From NCBI GenBank assembly GCA_964016885.1, contig OZ024740.1:33604001-33668000 (forward strand): a DNA stretch of 64,000 nt, written 5' to 3'. Every line of letters starts with the position of its first letter. Within the stretch, counting starts at the first letter, position 1. The position numbers and the translations under genes were made by a program. The notes under the pieces were generated by a model, which saw only the letters and a list, made by a program, of their open reading frames with translations, was not told the origin of the DNA and did no database searches. Source of the stretch: Eledone cirrhosa. Its lineage: Eukaryota. Below, one piece after another: positions 1 through 23,169 of the stretch.

Positions 1-129
1 ATGGATTGTTTTGAAAATACGCTAGAATTAAGATTTGTGGAGGGAGAGAAATGAAAACTGTACATTACGTTTACATGAATATCGTGGATGGACAGCAAGC
101 AATGAAATTTGGCGAAGTGAATTCCTATC

Positions 130-163
<34 letters not shown>

Positions 164-198
164 TGAGAGAGAGAGTGAGAGAGCGAGGGGGGGGGGGG
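130..198. repeat. (TA)n/(GA)n microsatellite followed by a poly-G run
   Basis: Directly visible simple repeats. Confidence 0.9.
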
Positions 199-417
199 GC
201 CACATGATGGCTGTGGGTGTTAGGCGTTTGACCGCCCCGTGCCTTCGAAGAAGGAAGAAGGAAAGGATTTTGTTTTTTTTGTTTTGAAGATACGCTAGAA
301 TTAGGGATTGAGGTTTGAAAATACGTTAGGAATTAAGGTTTGAAAATAGCTAGCAAGAAGGTAATGATTGAATGGGGTCCTTGCATTTAACAAGCGATTA
401 ACAAAAATACAAAATTT

Positions 418-819
<402 letters not shown>

Positions 820-849
820 AGATCAAAAGATGGTTAAAGGAGTTCAATA

Positions 850-920
850 TATTTTATTATGCGCATTTCAAAAACAAACATCATCAAACAATAATATTTG
901 TGTTTTCATCAGATAAAACA
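850..920 (-). ncRNA. Mirror copy of the hammerhead ribozyme on the minus strand
   Basis: Exact reverse complement of 1041-1111 within the palindrome. Confidence 0.7.
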
Positions 921-1040
921 GGAGAACATGATATGAAGGCTAAAAAAACACTTGTTGATAGTGCAGTTTTAAATCAACATATGTTGATTTAAAACTGCAC
1001 TATCAACAAGTGTTTTTTTAGCCTTCATATCATGTTCTCC

Positions 1041-1111
1041 TGTTTTATCTGATGAAAACACAAATATTATTGTTTGATGATGTTTGTTTTTGAAATGCGC
1101 ATAATAAAATA
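1041..1111 (+). ncRNA. Type I hammerhead ribozyme (Penelope-type, palindromic stem III)
   Basis: Stem I tgttttat(1041-48)/ataaaata(1104-11); CTGATGA 1049-55; long stem II hairpin 1056-91 (AU/GU-rich); GAAA 1092-95; palindromic TGCGCA 1096-1101; cleavage triplet AUA 1101-03. Confidence 0.75.
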
Positions 1112-1247
1112 TATTGAACTCCTTTAACCATCTTTTGATCTTATATTATGCATACTCCAGTCCCACAAACTGTAGAGTGCTTCTTATCCGATATCTGCAT
1201 TGCTTTATTGTACTACAATAAAACTCACCTCCTACATATATATATAT

Positions 1248-3192
1248 CATCATCATCATCATCATCACCGTTTTACGTCCGTTCTTCCACGCTAGCATGG
1301 GTTAGACGGGTTGTCCTGTTGTGGGCAGTGTCTGGTCGGCTGACCATGCCTTGCTCATACAGGAACTGATCTGGCTTGATTTCTACAGCTGGATGCCCTT
1401 CCTAACACCAACCTCATTTACAGTGAGTGCTGGGTGCTTTTTCGTGGCGCCTACACGTCCACTTTACAGTGTGGGCTGGGTGCTTTTTTGCCGTGGCACC
1501 TCCACGACCACCTTGCGGTGGGGGTGGGGGGGGCATATTGTTTATATGCTTCAGCATGTACCCATGGGAGGTCGGGTACCCTGTATTACTGCGTGACGCC
1601 AGAAGTCACGGTCGTGTGTCATTGACTTTGAGAGGTGTAGTTGGGTAAGGTCGGCTTTTATCACCTCATCCCAAGTCATCTTGGGTCTCCCCACTCCGCG
1701 GTTTCCATCAACTTCTAGTGCTCTGCACCTTTTTATGCAGCTGTCATCCTTCATACGCATCACATGTCCATACCAGCGTAACCGCCTCTCCTGCACGCAG
1801 CATTTGATTCCTCTTATGCTCAGTCTCTCTCTCAATTCATTTATGCTTTGTCGTTCACGTATATTACTGTTACACATCCATCGGAGCATGCAGGCTTCGT
1901 TTCTCTCTAATCTACGTAAGTCTTCCACCTTCAGCGCCCAGGTCTCACTACCATGCAACATCGCTGTTCGGATACACGCATCATACAGTCTGCCTTTCAT
2001 TCTGAGGGAGAAGCCTTTTGCAGCTAGCAGTGGTAGTAGTTCCCTAAACTTCTTCCATCCCGTTCTTACCCTAGTTATTGTACTTTCTGAGCACCCACCT
2101 CCGTTGCTAATTCGGTCACCTAGGTAGCAGAAGCTGTCTACTGTTTCTACAGGGCCCTCCCAGAGATTGGTGGTACTTGTTTCCTGTGGCTGTTTGCTTG
2201 CTGTTTCAGCACAGCTGCTGCATGTGAATCCTACATTCTTAATTAAGCTTCCTGAGATCCCGCTACATCTCTTGTGTACCCATTGTTTGCATTTGGGGCA
2301 AAGAATGGAGTTCCTACCTACACCTTTCCTACATACTGAGCAAGGCCATTTCCCTGAGGGGATCTGGGTTCTGTTTTCTCGTCTACTTATAAGGACCTTA
2401 GTCTTTGTCATGTTGACTTTGAGGCCCTTTCTCTCTAGTCCCTGCTTCCAGGTTGGAATTTATTCTCTAGTTCTACCATAGATTCAGCTATGAGTGCGAG
2501 GTCATCAGCATACAGGAGTTCCCATGGGCATCCGGTCTTAAACTCCTCCGTTATTGCCTGCAGGACTATGATGAACAGGAGAGGGCTAAGAACAGAGCCC
2601 TGGTGGACCCCAACCTGTACGCTAAATTCCTCGCTATACTCATTGCCAATCCTAACTTTGCTGACTGCTCCCCTATACATGGCTTGTACCGCTTTCACAA
2701 GCCATTCATCTACTCCTAGTTTTCTAAGAGCCCACCAGATTACTGCACGTGGAACTCTGTCAAAGGCTTTCTCAAGGTCGACAAATGCCAAGTAGAGTGG
2801 CTTACTTTTAGCTAGGTACTTTTCCTGTAATTGCCTCACAAGGAAGAGCGCATCAGTGGTGCCTTTCCCTGGTACAAACCCAAATTGCATCTCGTCTATA
2901 TTCACCCGGTCCCTAATCAGCTGTGCTATAACTCTTTCTGTTACTTTCATGACCTGGTCCATCAACTTTATACCTCTATAGTTTCCTCTATCTAGTGCAT
3001 CGCCTTTACCTTTGTAGCAGTTGACAATGATGCTACTGCACCAATCTTTTGGTATGGCCCCCTCTAGTATTACATGGTTAACGATACGTGTGGTTATAGT
3101 GTGACCTACAGACCCAGATGCCTTCAGCATCTCGGCAGCTATACCCGATGGACCGGTTGCCTTCCCTATCTTCATATCTCTGATTGCCTTAC
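1248..3192 (-). mobile_element. 5'-truncated RTE-clade LINE (RT, PHD-type finger, C-terminus, 3'UTR, (GAT)n tail) with one frameshift near 2440-2460
   Basis: ORFs 2435-3175 (NYRGI, QFGF, FVDLEKAFDRV, QGSVLSP, YADD) and 1551-2411 (CYLG, HGSETW, RRLRWYGHVMR, GRPKMTW). The (CAT)n tail is at 1248-1266 on +. Confidence 0.93.
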
Positions 3193-14105
<10,913 letters not shown>

Positions 14106-14134
14106 CATAATGTGTATATATATATATACACATT

Positions 14135-15122
14135 ATACAGCAGCATAAAGGGATGCAGAAAAACCAGTGGGAGATGCAGACCCAGGAAGACATAGGGTGG
14201 ATGAAGTTGTAAGGACTGACTTTAGAAAGCTAAACCTTACAACAGAAATGACTAAAGACCATGAGGGCTGGCACTATGCTGTGCTGAAGAAGACCTGGCC
14301 TACAGCTTACAATATGACCTGACCTCTTCTCCCTCTTCCACAAACACTCCCTAACAGTTATCTCAACTACATTACTTCACCTCCGACATACACACACATT
14401 CCTGACAGCTGCATCTCCCTCCTTGTGAAGTGGTTGGTGATAGGAATCTTGCCATAACTAAGGTGATAGGAAGGGCATCCCCCCCATAGAAAATAATTTA
14501 CTGGACAAAGGTTTGGGAGGACCCTCCAATCATGTGAAGAGTGTGACAACTTCCCTAGTGTTGGTGATCGACATGATAAACACACCCCGTATACACTGTA
14601 AAGTGGTTGTTGATAGGAAGGGCATCCAGCCATAGAAATGTTGCCATAACAAAGGTTTGAGAGGACCTTTAGTTGCGTCAAAGGCATGACAACCTCTTCT
14701 GAGCACTTGATGGAATGCGAGCCCACAGTTCTCTGGCCTGCCTGGGAGATTAGTGGCTCTGCTTCAACAGTGACTTGGTCTATATTGATCCGTCTAACTC
14801 TTTCTAGCAGAGAAAGCGGACATTAAAATGATGATGATGAATGATATATATATATATATAGTGGTCATATAGGTGTCACGATAAAAGTGAATACCCAGTC
14901 CACATTGTACAGTGGTCGTGTAAGTGTCACGACAAAAAGACCCAGCACACACTGTAAAGTGGTTGGTGTTAGGAAGGGCATCCAGCCGTAGATACGAGGC
15001 CAAAATCAGTTGTGTGTGAGCGAATCAGTCCCCTGAACTGATCCCTCACAAAGAGACAGCCCATCCTGCCCATGCTGGCGTGGAAGATGGATGTTAAATG
15101 ATGATGATGGCAATGATGATAT
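14135..15122 (+). mobile_element. Degraded RTE 3'-end fragments (C-terminal coding remnant plus 3'UTR modules with (GAT)n tails)
   Basis: 14170-14300 reads like RPRKT..EVVRTDFRKLNLTTEMTKDHEGWHYAVLKKT. The motif aggaagggcatccagcc is repeated and shared with the RTE 3'UTR at 1370-1420. GAT tails at ~14828 and ~15098. Confidence 0.65.
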
Positions 15123-15398
15123 CACCATTATCATAACCATTTAACATCTATTTTTCATACTTGCATGAATTAGACATGTTATCATATATTGTGGTTAGAC
15201 AAGTCAGGTGATCATGTCTTGCTCTTATGCTCCTTTTCTTTTTTGGCTTGAATTTTACAGCTGGATGCCCTTAACATCTGTGATAGTATTTAATAGCACT
15301 GCTTTCTTATGTTTTCCTTGTGATATTTTAATGTTTTATCCATTTTCCTTCAGCAATCTGATTGTCTGATGAAAACAATGATTTCTTTTTTATTTTAG

Positions 15399-15559
15399 TT
15401 TTGGTTGGATTAGCCCTAACTTATGCCCTCTCCATCACGCAGCTCCTTAATGGTGTTGTGAAATTTTTTACTGAGACAGAAAAAATGATGGTTAGTGTTG
15501 AACGAGCACAGCAATATATTGAGAGAATTCCTCATGAACGGGAAATAGGACTGAATATG
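15399..15559 (+). CDS. ABCC10: ABCC10/MRP7-like ABC transporter, exon (end of TMD2: LVGLALTYALSITQLLNGVVKFFTETEKMMVSVER)
   Basis: AG at 15397-98 and GT at 15560. The peptide matches the ABCC10-type TM2 end (GLVGL.L.YALS.T.LL.G.V..FT.TE..SVER). Confidence 0.85.
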
Positions 15560-15657
15560 GTAAATACTGCCTACATTTTGTTATTACATTGAAAAATAGC
15601 TGTATTCTACTAATTCTTTCAAAAGTGAACAAAAAAGAAATAATTGTTTCTATTTTT

Positions 15658-15828
15658 GGCACAAGGCCAGCAATTACCTCAGTGCATTACTAGTGCTTTA
15701 TTTTATTGATCCTGTAAGGATGAAAGGCAAAGTTAACTTCGGCAGGATTTGAACTCAGACGTAAAGAGTCATAACTCTATGCTACAAAGTATGTTGTCTG
15801 ACACTTTACCAATGTTGCCAATCCACCA
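15658..15828 (-). mobile_element. tRNA-derived SINE (intronic)
   Basis: Minus-strand B box GAGTTCAAATCC followed by a gcctttcatcct...gatcaataaaataaagcac central domain typical of mollusc SINEs. Confidence 0.55.
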
Positions 15829-15939
15829 CGAACAAGAAATAATGAGCAACCATCTAACTAAACTATATACAGAAGAGGAATATTAAAATAGTTTGAAAAA
15901 TTTCTACATCTAAATTAATTCAAATTTTTTTTTTCCCAG

Positions 15940-16193
15940 CCTGCTTCATCTTGGCCACAAAAGGGTTGTATTACGTTCCGCCGTGTACAGTTGCAATATA
16001 GACCTGGATTGCCAAATGCTTTAGTAGATGTCTCTTTTGAAACCCGAGCTGGTGAAAAAATTGGTATTGTTGGTCGAACTGGTTCTGGAAAGTCAAGTCT
16101 CTTCTTAGCCATTTTCCGCATGGTAGAATTAAAAAAAGGAGAAATATTAATTGATGGTATTAATGTGGCTAGTATTGATTTAACTGTACTCAG
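15940..16193 (+). CDS. ABCC10: ABCC10-like exon, NBD2 start with Walker A (GRTGSGKSS)
   Basis: AG/GT bounded, phase 0 to phase 2; WPQKGCITF..QYRPGLPNAL..GEKIGIVGRTGSGKSSL. Confidence 0.92.
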
Positions 16194-16792
16194 GTAAATA
16201 AACCTTTTTTGTTTGAAATGATTGTGAATTCACTGGTATTGTAATATCAGCCTAATGAATGTTGAGGTTGCACCATCAGTGAATTAAAATTATTTTTAGA
16301 GGGTCAGTCATCATCATCATTTTACATCTGCTTTTCCATTGGTTAGATGGATCTTTTCCAGCACAGCCTCTCTCCACTCATTACCACTTCCAAATACTTC
16401 ACATCCACTACAGCTTTTACCTTATGTTTTCAACTAGAAATTCTAATTTATTGCAAACATTTTTTTAATTTCTTCATATTAGAGACACATTTATTTAATA
16501 AACCCTCATCATCATTATTGTTTTTATGTCCATTTTCGACACTGTCATATGTTGAATAAGTTGTCATGTGACCTAATCTTGCTTATTTGTTCCATTTTTG
16601 GCAATGTGTCTACAACTGGATGCCCTTTCTAATATCAACTGTATTTTATAATAGCAATAATAATGATTATAATAAATATATGACTCTTTACATTTTAATA
16701 TTGCTTAAAAACTGAATAATACAGATTATAATGACCATCTTTTTATGTTCTCTTCTGAATTGCAGTTTGTAAAAAGAATTAATCTATTTCAG

Positions 16793-17039
16793 GTCACGTC
16801 TTGCTATTATTCCTCAAAATCCTTTTCTTTTTGAGGGGTCAGTTCGTGAGAATCTTGATCCATGTGATATCTGTGATAATGATGAAGAACTATGGCAAGC
16901 ATTAGATCGATGTTACTTGAAGGAAACACTTGAAAAGCTTGGTGGCTTGGATGTTCAAGTTATTGAACATGGTCGTAACTTTTCAATCGGTCAACGTCAA
17001 TTATTTTGCCTTGCACGGGCATTGTTAAGTAAATCTAAG
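16793..17039 (+). CDS. ABCC10: ABCC10-like exon, Q-loop and ABC signature (IIPQNPFLFEGSVRENLDP...FSIGQRQLFCLARALL)
   Basis: AG at 16791-92 and GT at 17040. The frame is continuous with both neighbours. Not in the ORF track. Confidence 0.92.
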
Positions 17040-17436
17040 GTAAAGACATGTTCATTATTTTAATATTAATTTATATCTCTTTGCAATTTCACTTTTAAAA
17101 TAAGACTTTAAGGAGGATTTAATCTTTCATTTTGGGTTTGTTGTTTTGCAAACAATCTCCTTCCTGATTTGCCAAATTAGGTTCCTACTATACACAAAGT
17201 TGTTATTTTTACCATTGTGTTCAAACTAAAAGAGCATTTACTTTTTATTTTGTATCTATATCTTGCCCAATTATTTTTAACTATCATCAAAACAAACATT
17301 TTATACCAATGTTGTTTTTGTAGTTTAAATTATGGGATTTTATTCATTAGAATGTCTTATTAATTTAGGGTGAAAGTATTGCATAAAGTTTTCTTGGTTA
17401 ACTGTTTGTATAAATTTGATATTTGATTAATTTCAG

Positions 17437-17682
17437 ATCCTCTGTATTGATGAAGCAACAGCCAATGTTGATCATCGAACTGATCATTTGATTCAACAGA
17501 CAATTCGTTCAGAATTTGCTAATACTACTGTATTGACTATAGCACACCGGATTAATACTATTATGGACAGTGACAGTATTTTGGTTATGGACAATGGCCG
17601 AGTTGCAGAATTTGCACCACCAGCTACACTCTGTAATGATCCAGAATCACTATTCTACAGACTTGTCCATTCTGATCGGTAG
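17437..17682 (+). CDS. ABCC10: ABCC10-like terminal coding exon, Walker B and H-loop ([12 protein letters not shown]...[16 protein letters not shown]), TAG stop
   Basis: AG at 17435-36, 82 codons to the stop. An AATAAA at 18052 is a candidate poly(A) signal. Confidence 0.92.
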   Translation: MLCIDEATANVDHRTDHLIQQTIRSEFANTTVLTIAHRINTIMDSDSILVMDNGRVAEFAPPATLCNDPESLFYRLVHSDR

Positions 17683-18959
17683 TTGATTAAAATACTAATG
17701 TATCAAATTTGTGTTTATGTAACAGAACTTGTGCTATTGTTTTTTATTCAGCTTTCGGCTTTCTCTACTTTTACTTTCGAATTTCTGATCCTTTTTTTCT
17801 ACATTTTAAAATCCAATTGCATAATAATTGTGATAGTTTACTAATTGTGATAGTTTACAGTTTTCATTTTATGTGTTTTTAAATGTTTCATTGTGTCGAC
17901 TAGCATTCTTGTATTAATACGAAATTGTTTTTATGTTTGTCATTTGTTGAGTGTTAACTTCAAACTTTTATTAAGAAGAAAAATACATTCCAAAAGAGCC
18001 AATTATTTTACTACTCTCAACATATTTGCAGATTCTTTCGAAACTTGTGAAAATAAATTCTTTTAATTAGTTTATATTTTTTGTTAAAATTAGCAACTTT
18101 TAGGGACTGAAGATTTTTCTCATTTTCTATTTTTTAAAGTACACAACAGATTAATATATATCTTATATGGAAATGACTTGTACAGGACTAGAACTATTTC
18201 ATTTGTTTGTGACATTCCTGGTGATTTCATATGGATGAAACAATTCTAGTGCTGTAGAAGTGATTTCTGTATAAAATATATATGAATGTATTGAGTACCT
18301 TATTTAACTGTGGTTATTTCCTGCTCCCCACTAAGTTACCATCTTTAATTTTGTATTTTAACTTTAATTATATCTCATAAAATAATACAACTGGCTTTTC
18401 CACATAATACATATTGTTAGCACCTCAAACACTTAAATTGGGTTTATATTAAAATATAACCTAATGTTTGTTGAGTGAGATGGTTACCAGTCAGAGTTTA
18501 GCTTTAAACTATCTCTGTTATTGTATTAAATATATATATAGGGAAAAAAGGGTTTGAAAAATGCAATGACTTACCTTTTGGTTATTTAAAAGGTTTCTGT
18601 ATTCATGTGGCACATAGTTATTATTATAGTTATTATTTATATATTTTTGTTTACTTTTACCAGTTTCAGTTGTGTTTACAGCTTTTTAAAAAGGATTTTC
18701 GTTACAGTCACTCAAAAGATGCTTTTCATTTGTGTATATTCCACGTGGTTGGTCATTTGTGCTTTTGTTGAACACAAGGGATGCAACTGGTTTTATCTTT
18801 GTTGCTTATATCATGGAGAATATGGTTCATTACAAGAGACGTAATTCATGATTTATTTTTTTTAATTAAAAATTTTTTTTATTAGTGTGTGATAAATTGA
18901 GTTTCAGTTGGAATTTACTAATGAAAAATTTTTCCTTATTAATATGTTTTTCTTGAGTG

Positions 18960-19400
18960 AAATTTTCACTACACTGCTAGAATAGGAAGACATCGAAATT
19001 CGTCTTCCACGCTCCACTATATGTTGGCTTTGAGGGATCTTTCTGGTGTGTGGGTCCCTGATTTGTTGATGGTGAACTGTCATTCATCTTTGGAGTGAAG
19101 TGTCTGTTTGTCCAATATAATGTTCATGACAGCCTTTACACATAATGTTTATTAGATTCTCTGAGTTGTAAGTGAAGTCATTTTCAATTTTAAAGTTAGG
19201 ACTGTCTTTGAAATTAAATTTGTTACCGCTAACAGATAGTTGCATACTCTGCAGTAAGGTCGATTGCTCCTTTTTACTTCAGGTTCTTTAGTGAAGGTTT
19301 GCAGTTTTGCATTCATTAATATCTTTTATAGTGATTTTGGTTGTCGTTTACCTTTTATAATTAGGTGTTTTTGTAAGATGTTTTTCATTTTCTTATCCTT
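18960..19400 (-). mobile_element. Penelope-like element, degraded GIY-YIG endonuclease segment
   Basis: Manual minus-strand translation: DFTYNSENLINIMCKGCHEHYIGQTDTSLQR*MTVHHQQIRDPHTRKIPQSQHI, with CRVC upstream. Confidence 0.75.
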
Positions 19401-19411
19401 TAGTAAGATAT

Positions 19412-20835
19412 GTTTTTTTATTAGCCAGAGGGGCACAAAAGAAGGGGACAAATACAAAGGGGGAAGTTTACATACAATAAAAACGTGTAAAATATTATCA
19501 CAAATGCAATTGAAAAGTTAATCGATTTTCCCCAATAGGGGGAGACATTTCATATGGGTAACACATACACCCCCAAAAAATGTGCAACCCTCATCTCCAG
19601 GAGTACAAAGAGTTTGTACCCCTTTCCTCTCTTCCTCCTTTTCCTCAACCTACAGGCTGATATAGAGAGAAGGTCCATTCACTCGGCACTTTCACCCACC
19701 TTTCATAAAACTTGCTGGGGTACAGCACCTCTCTCCATCCTGATTCTTCTTCCAAAGTGGTATTTGAAAAAAATAATCAGTTGTTGGCCGGAGAGAAAGG
19801 TGTCTGACCTCATCCCTTTTAACCTCGTCCACCATACAACCTCTTTCGCCATAGCTATCACACGAAGGAAAACCGCCTCTCCTTCATTTTTGAAGGAAGG
19901 TGGTGGTTTGATCATGACAATGGACTCGGTGGTCAACCGGATTGGTCCCACCGCGACAATAGTCGTTCTACATAGCCCCACAGGTTGGTAACACTTGGGC
20001 AGTGTATGAATGCGTGCGCGACGGTTTCTTCGTCTCGCACGCATCTTGGACAGATCTTTTTCGAAGGGTCCATGTCTGTAGAGCTCCTCAGTAGTACTGC
20101 CAGGCTAGGGACTTTTGGAAGTTGTCCATCGGTCCCAGGTGGAAGGTCCTACCGAACAGACTGGCCAGTTTGAAGTGGAGTCTCCACTGATCGCCAGGTC
20201 CGCCTGCCAGAGGGCTGTGAGCGCCTGAGCACTTTCGATGTGCCAGTCGCCCATTTTCTTCGGTCTTTGCTTGACCCAGGACTGCAGCTCGGTCAGCGAG
20301 ACGAGTCGTGGGAAGGCTCACCTCACAAACGGGGCCCACACTGGTTGTCCGATGAGGAATACGTAGAGCCTGAGCGCGTGTTTGCGCATCATCAGCCACG
20401 GCATCCCCAGCTCTCCGTTGGAAGGGTTTTGGCAGCAGATGGATCTTCTCACCAAAGGAATTGGAAGAGCGCGCGCTCCATTTTGGCTGGACAAGGCACG
20501 ACGGTCAAGCGGTAGTAGATGACGGATGCTATAAAAGTGTTCGCCACCTTCGCTCGACCTTTCAAGGATAGTTTGCACTCGGCCCACTTCTGGGTGAGTG
20601 CAAACACCTTGGGTGTCACTTCGTTCCAGTTTTTCTCCACCTGGAGGTCCGGACCAAACCAGACCCCGAGCAGCTTTACCGGTCCTTCCGTCCAGTGTCC
20701 GACAACGCCATCAAAAGGCATCGGTTTGCCTCTCCACGATCTGAGTTGCAAACCGATGGACTTGTCCCGGTTCAGCTTCGCTCCTGTGAACATTTCGTAT
20801 TCCTTCAGTAAGGTGCCAACTTCCTCGATTTGCGT
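19412..20835 (-). mobile_element. 5'-truncated L1/Tx1-clade LINE (RT C-terminal part and zinc-knuckle region), frameshifted
   Basis: GAKLNRDKS, VKLLGVWF, LSLKGRAKVANTFIASVIYY, LFQFLW, GELGMP. An AATAAA/poly(A) end lies at ~19413-19422 on the minus strand. Confidence 0.8.
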
Positions 20836-20869
20836 AATATATATAATGAAGGAATACGTCTGGTAATAT

Positions 20870-21150
20870 ATATAATGAAATTATTGTGTAAAGTGCTCAG
20901 GTGCACTACAACTTGTCAATATAGTACATAGAATAATACACAAATGTCAGGGAAGTACATGTGTATGTGTTAGCGGATCTCGGGAAGCATGGAGGCCTTA
21001 AAGGATGCAGTGTCTCGACAGCTAACAACTGATGCAGGTAGTTTGTTCCATGCTTCAGCAACTCTGAGCGTGAAAAAGTTTCCGAAAGTCATGGGAACTG
21101 TGCTGTTTTCTTACTTTGTGGGCATGTCCACGTGTGTTAGACACATGGAA
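20870..21150 (-). mobile_element. CR1-like LINE 3' end fragment
   Basis: Minus-strand TRGHAHKVRKQHSSHDFRK..TLRVAEAWNKLPASVVSCRDTASFK matches the CR1 C-terminal TRGH...RV...WN.LP motif. Confidence 0.7.
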
Positions 21151-21159
21151 ATCAAATAA

Positions 21160-22140
21160 TAACACTTTTTGAACTGCTTATCCTCAAGAACCATGCCTGT
21201 AAATAATATTATTCTTTCTTTTTCATTACCTTATCATGTTCCACATCACCCTTTTTTTTTTATTTCAAAAACCTTGTTTGTAAATAATATTATTCTTTCT
21301 TTCCCATTTCAATAACATGTTCAATATCACCTTATCTAGTTCATAAGGGAATGAGTTTAGCCAGTATTTGATGGCTTCAATTCCGTAATTATGTGGACTG
21401 TTACTGTATAGGCTCACAACATCCAATGAGTAAATGGTTGAGAAAATCTAAATCATCTCATAAAACTCTGAATGTCTAAAAAATTGCATAGATGGCATGT
21501 TTTACAAATTGGGCCTGCTATAATAGGTCTTAGTTTTAAGTTAGTTGGTATGGGTATATTAACACAATTAATTTTTGCCATTTTACATGTCTCATTAATT
21601 AATTTATGTTTATGCACTTTTGGCAAACCATAGACATTACTTGTTTCACATCTAAAATTAATGAGATAGTCTAATTCTTTAACAGTTAGGCAGTTTTGGT
21701 ATGGGTGTAGTAAATGAGTTGTTTCATCACTTTATGCAGTTTCTAGTCTTTGGCTTCTTCATAGTATGTATTGTCCTTTAGCATACTTTGCACCATGTTG
21801 GTGTAATGCTAAGTGTCCATAATGACAACAGTGTCTTCTTTTATTGATCAAGGGCTGCATTCCTGCTTTTTTGGGGGTTGATATTCCTTTTTGTTTCTAA
21901 TTAGAGATTCATTGTTCAGCTAGTCTGAGTCAACTTTAATTTCTGGTTTTTGAGGAGTGGGTGTAAATTTTAGTCCTTTACCTAGAATGTTTATTTGTAT
22001 GGGTGTGAGAGGTTGATTATTTTCAGTTTCCCATGACTGTGGTCCATCTCGTATCCTAGTATTTCTGGTCTCTCTCTAAAAAATGATTGTTAGGATAGGG
22101 TTTCTCTCTATTATTCCTACTGTCAGTATTTTTTGTAATT
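21160..22140 (-). mobile_element. Penelope-like element, degraded RT segment
   Basis: Minus-strand TVVIMD, ETSNVYGLPKVHK, LKLRPIIAGP. Confidence 0.75.
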
Positions 22141-23169
22141 ATTGTGTATATCCATCCATATTCTACATATTATTTTTCCTTGTACTTGTTCAATACTTGA
22201 CATATTGGTTGTCATCTATAGCCTTGGATTGACACAAATGGCTTGTGAGTGGAATTTGGAAGGCAGGAACTGTGCAGAAGCTCATCATGTTTGTCTCCAT
22301 GTGTCTTCACATTGTGCTATCAGTTTATGCCCTGCATAAATATATCCCACAATTTAGTAGTTTGTTGGGTGAAAAGGGTCGGCATCAGGGAAGGGGTTCA
22401 GCTACAGAATATTGCCAGGCCAATACTTATCACAGCAACTAAATGTGAATATGAAATGATTCTTTATTTTTGGCTAATTAACCATACAACCTTAATGAAA
22501 ATTTATCACTTAGAGAATTTGAATGAGCAGTCATTAAAAAAAGATAGTACTACATTTGGTATATATATATGTCTGCTAGTGTGAAAGATGGACGTTAAAC
22601 GATGATGTATATACATATACATGTGGTAAATACATCTGCCTATACATTTGGTATATATCTATTTGATATACATATATCTATCTATGGATGTATATACACA
22701 TACAATCTTTCATTTGATATATATATATATTTCACACATTAAGAATGTAGCACTAACTCAATATACTGAGATGTAGATTATAGTTAATATCTAAGAATTT
22801 TTAAAATCAAATTGCGGAGAAGTCAACCCTTCTAAGAGAGCAGTAAGTCTGAAAAAATAAATCTATAGACGGTAGATGCAGACATTGTAAGGGCAACCTA
22901 TCAGGGAGAGCGATCACTCAAAATATGACTGCATGGGGTAGAGGAGGACTCCATAAGCTGTAGAGAAGGCAACCAATCTGGAAGAGTTTACTATGAATTA
23001 AAATTGATACAGGTTTGAAATTCACCATCCACTCTGTAAAGTGATTGTTTGGTTGGATGCTTTTCCTACCACCAATCACCTTTTTCAGGTACAAAGAGCT
23101 ATTCACAACAAAGGACTCTACCCACCCTGCTGTAAGGTAACCCAGTTTTTCAGGGCTGCAACAATGAAT

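Noticed and set aside
15351-15398. Alternative upstream acceptor, or ORF start at 15362, for the ABCC10 exon
   Set aside because: There is an in-frame TGA at 15359-61, and family similarity starts only after the AG at 15397-98.
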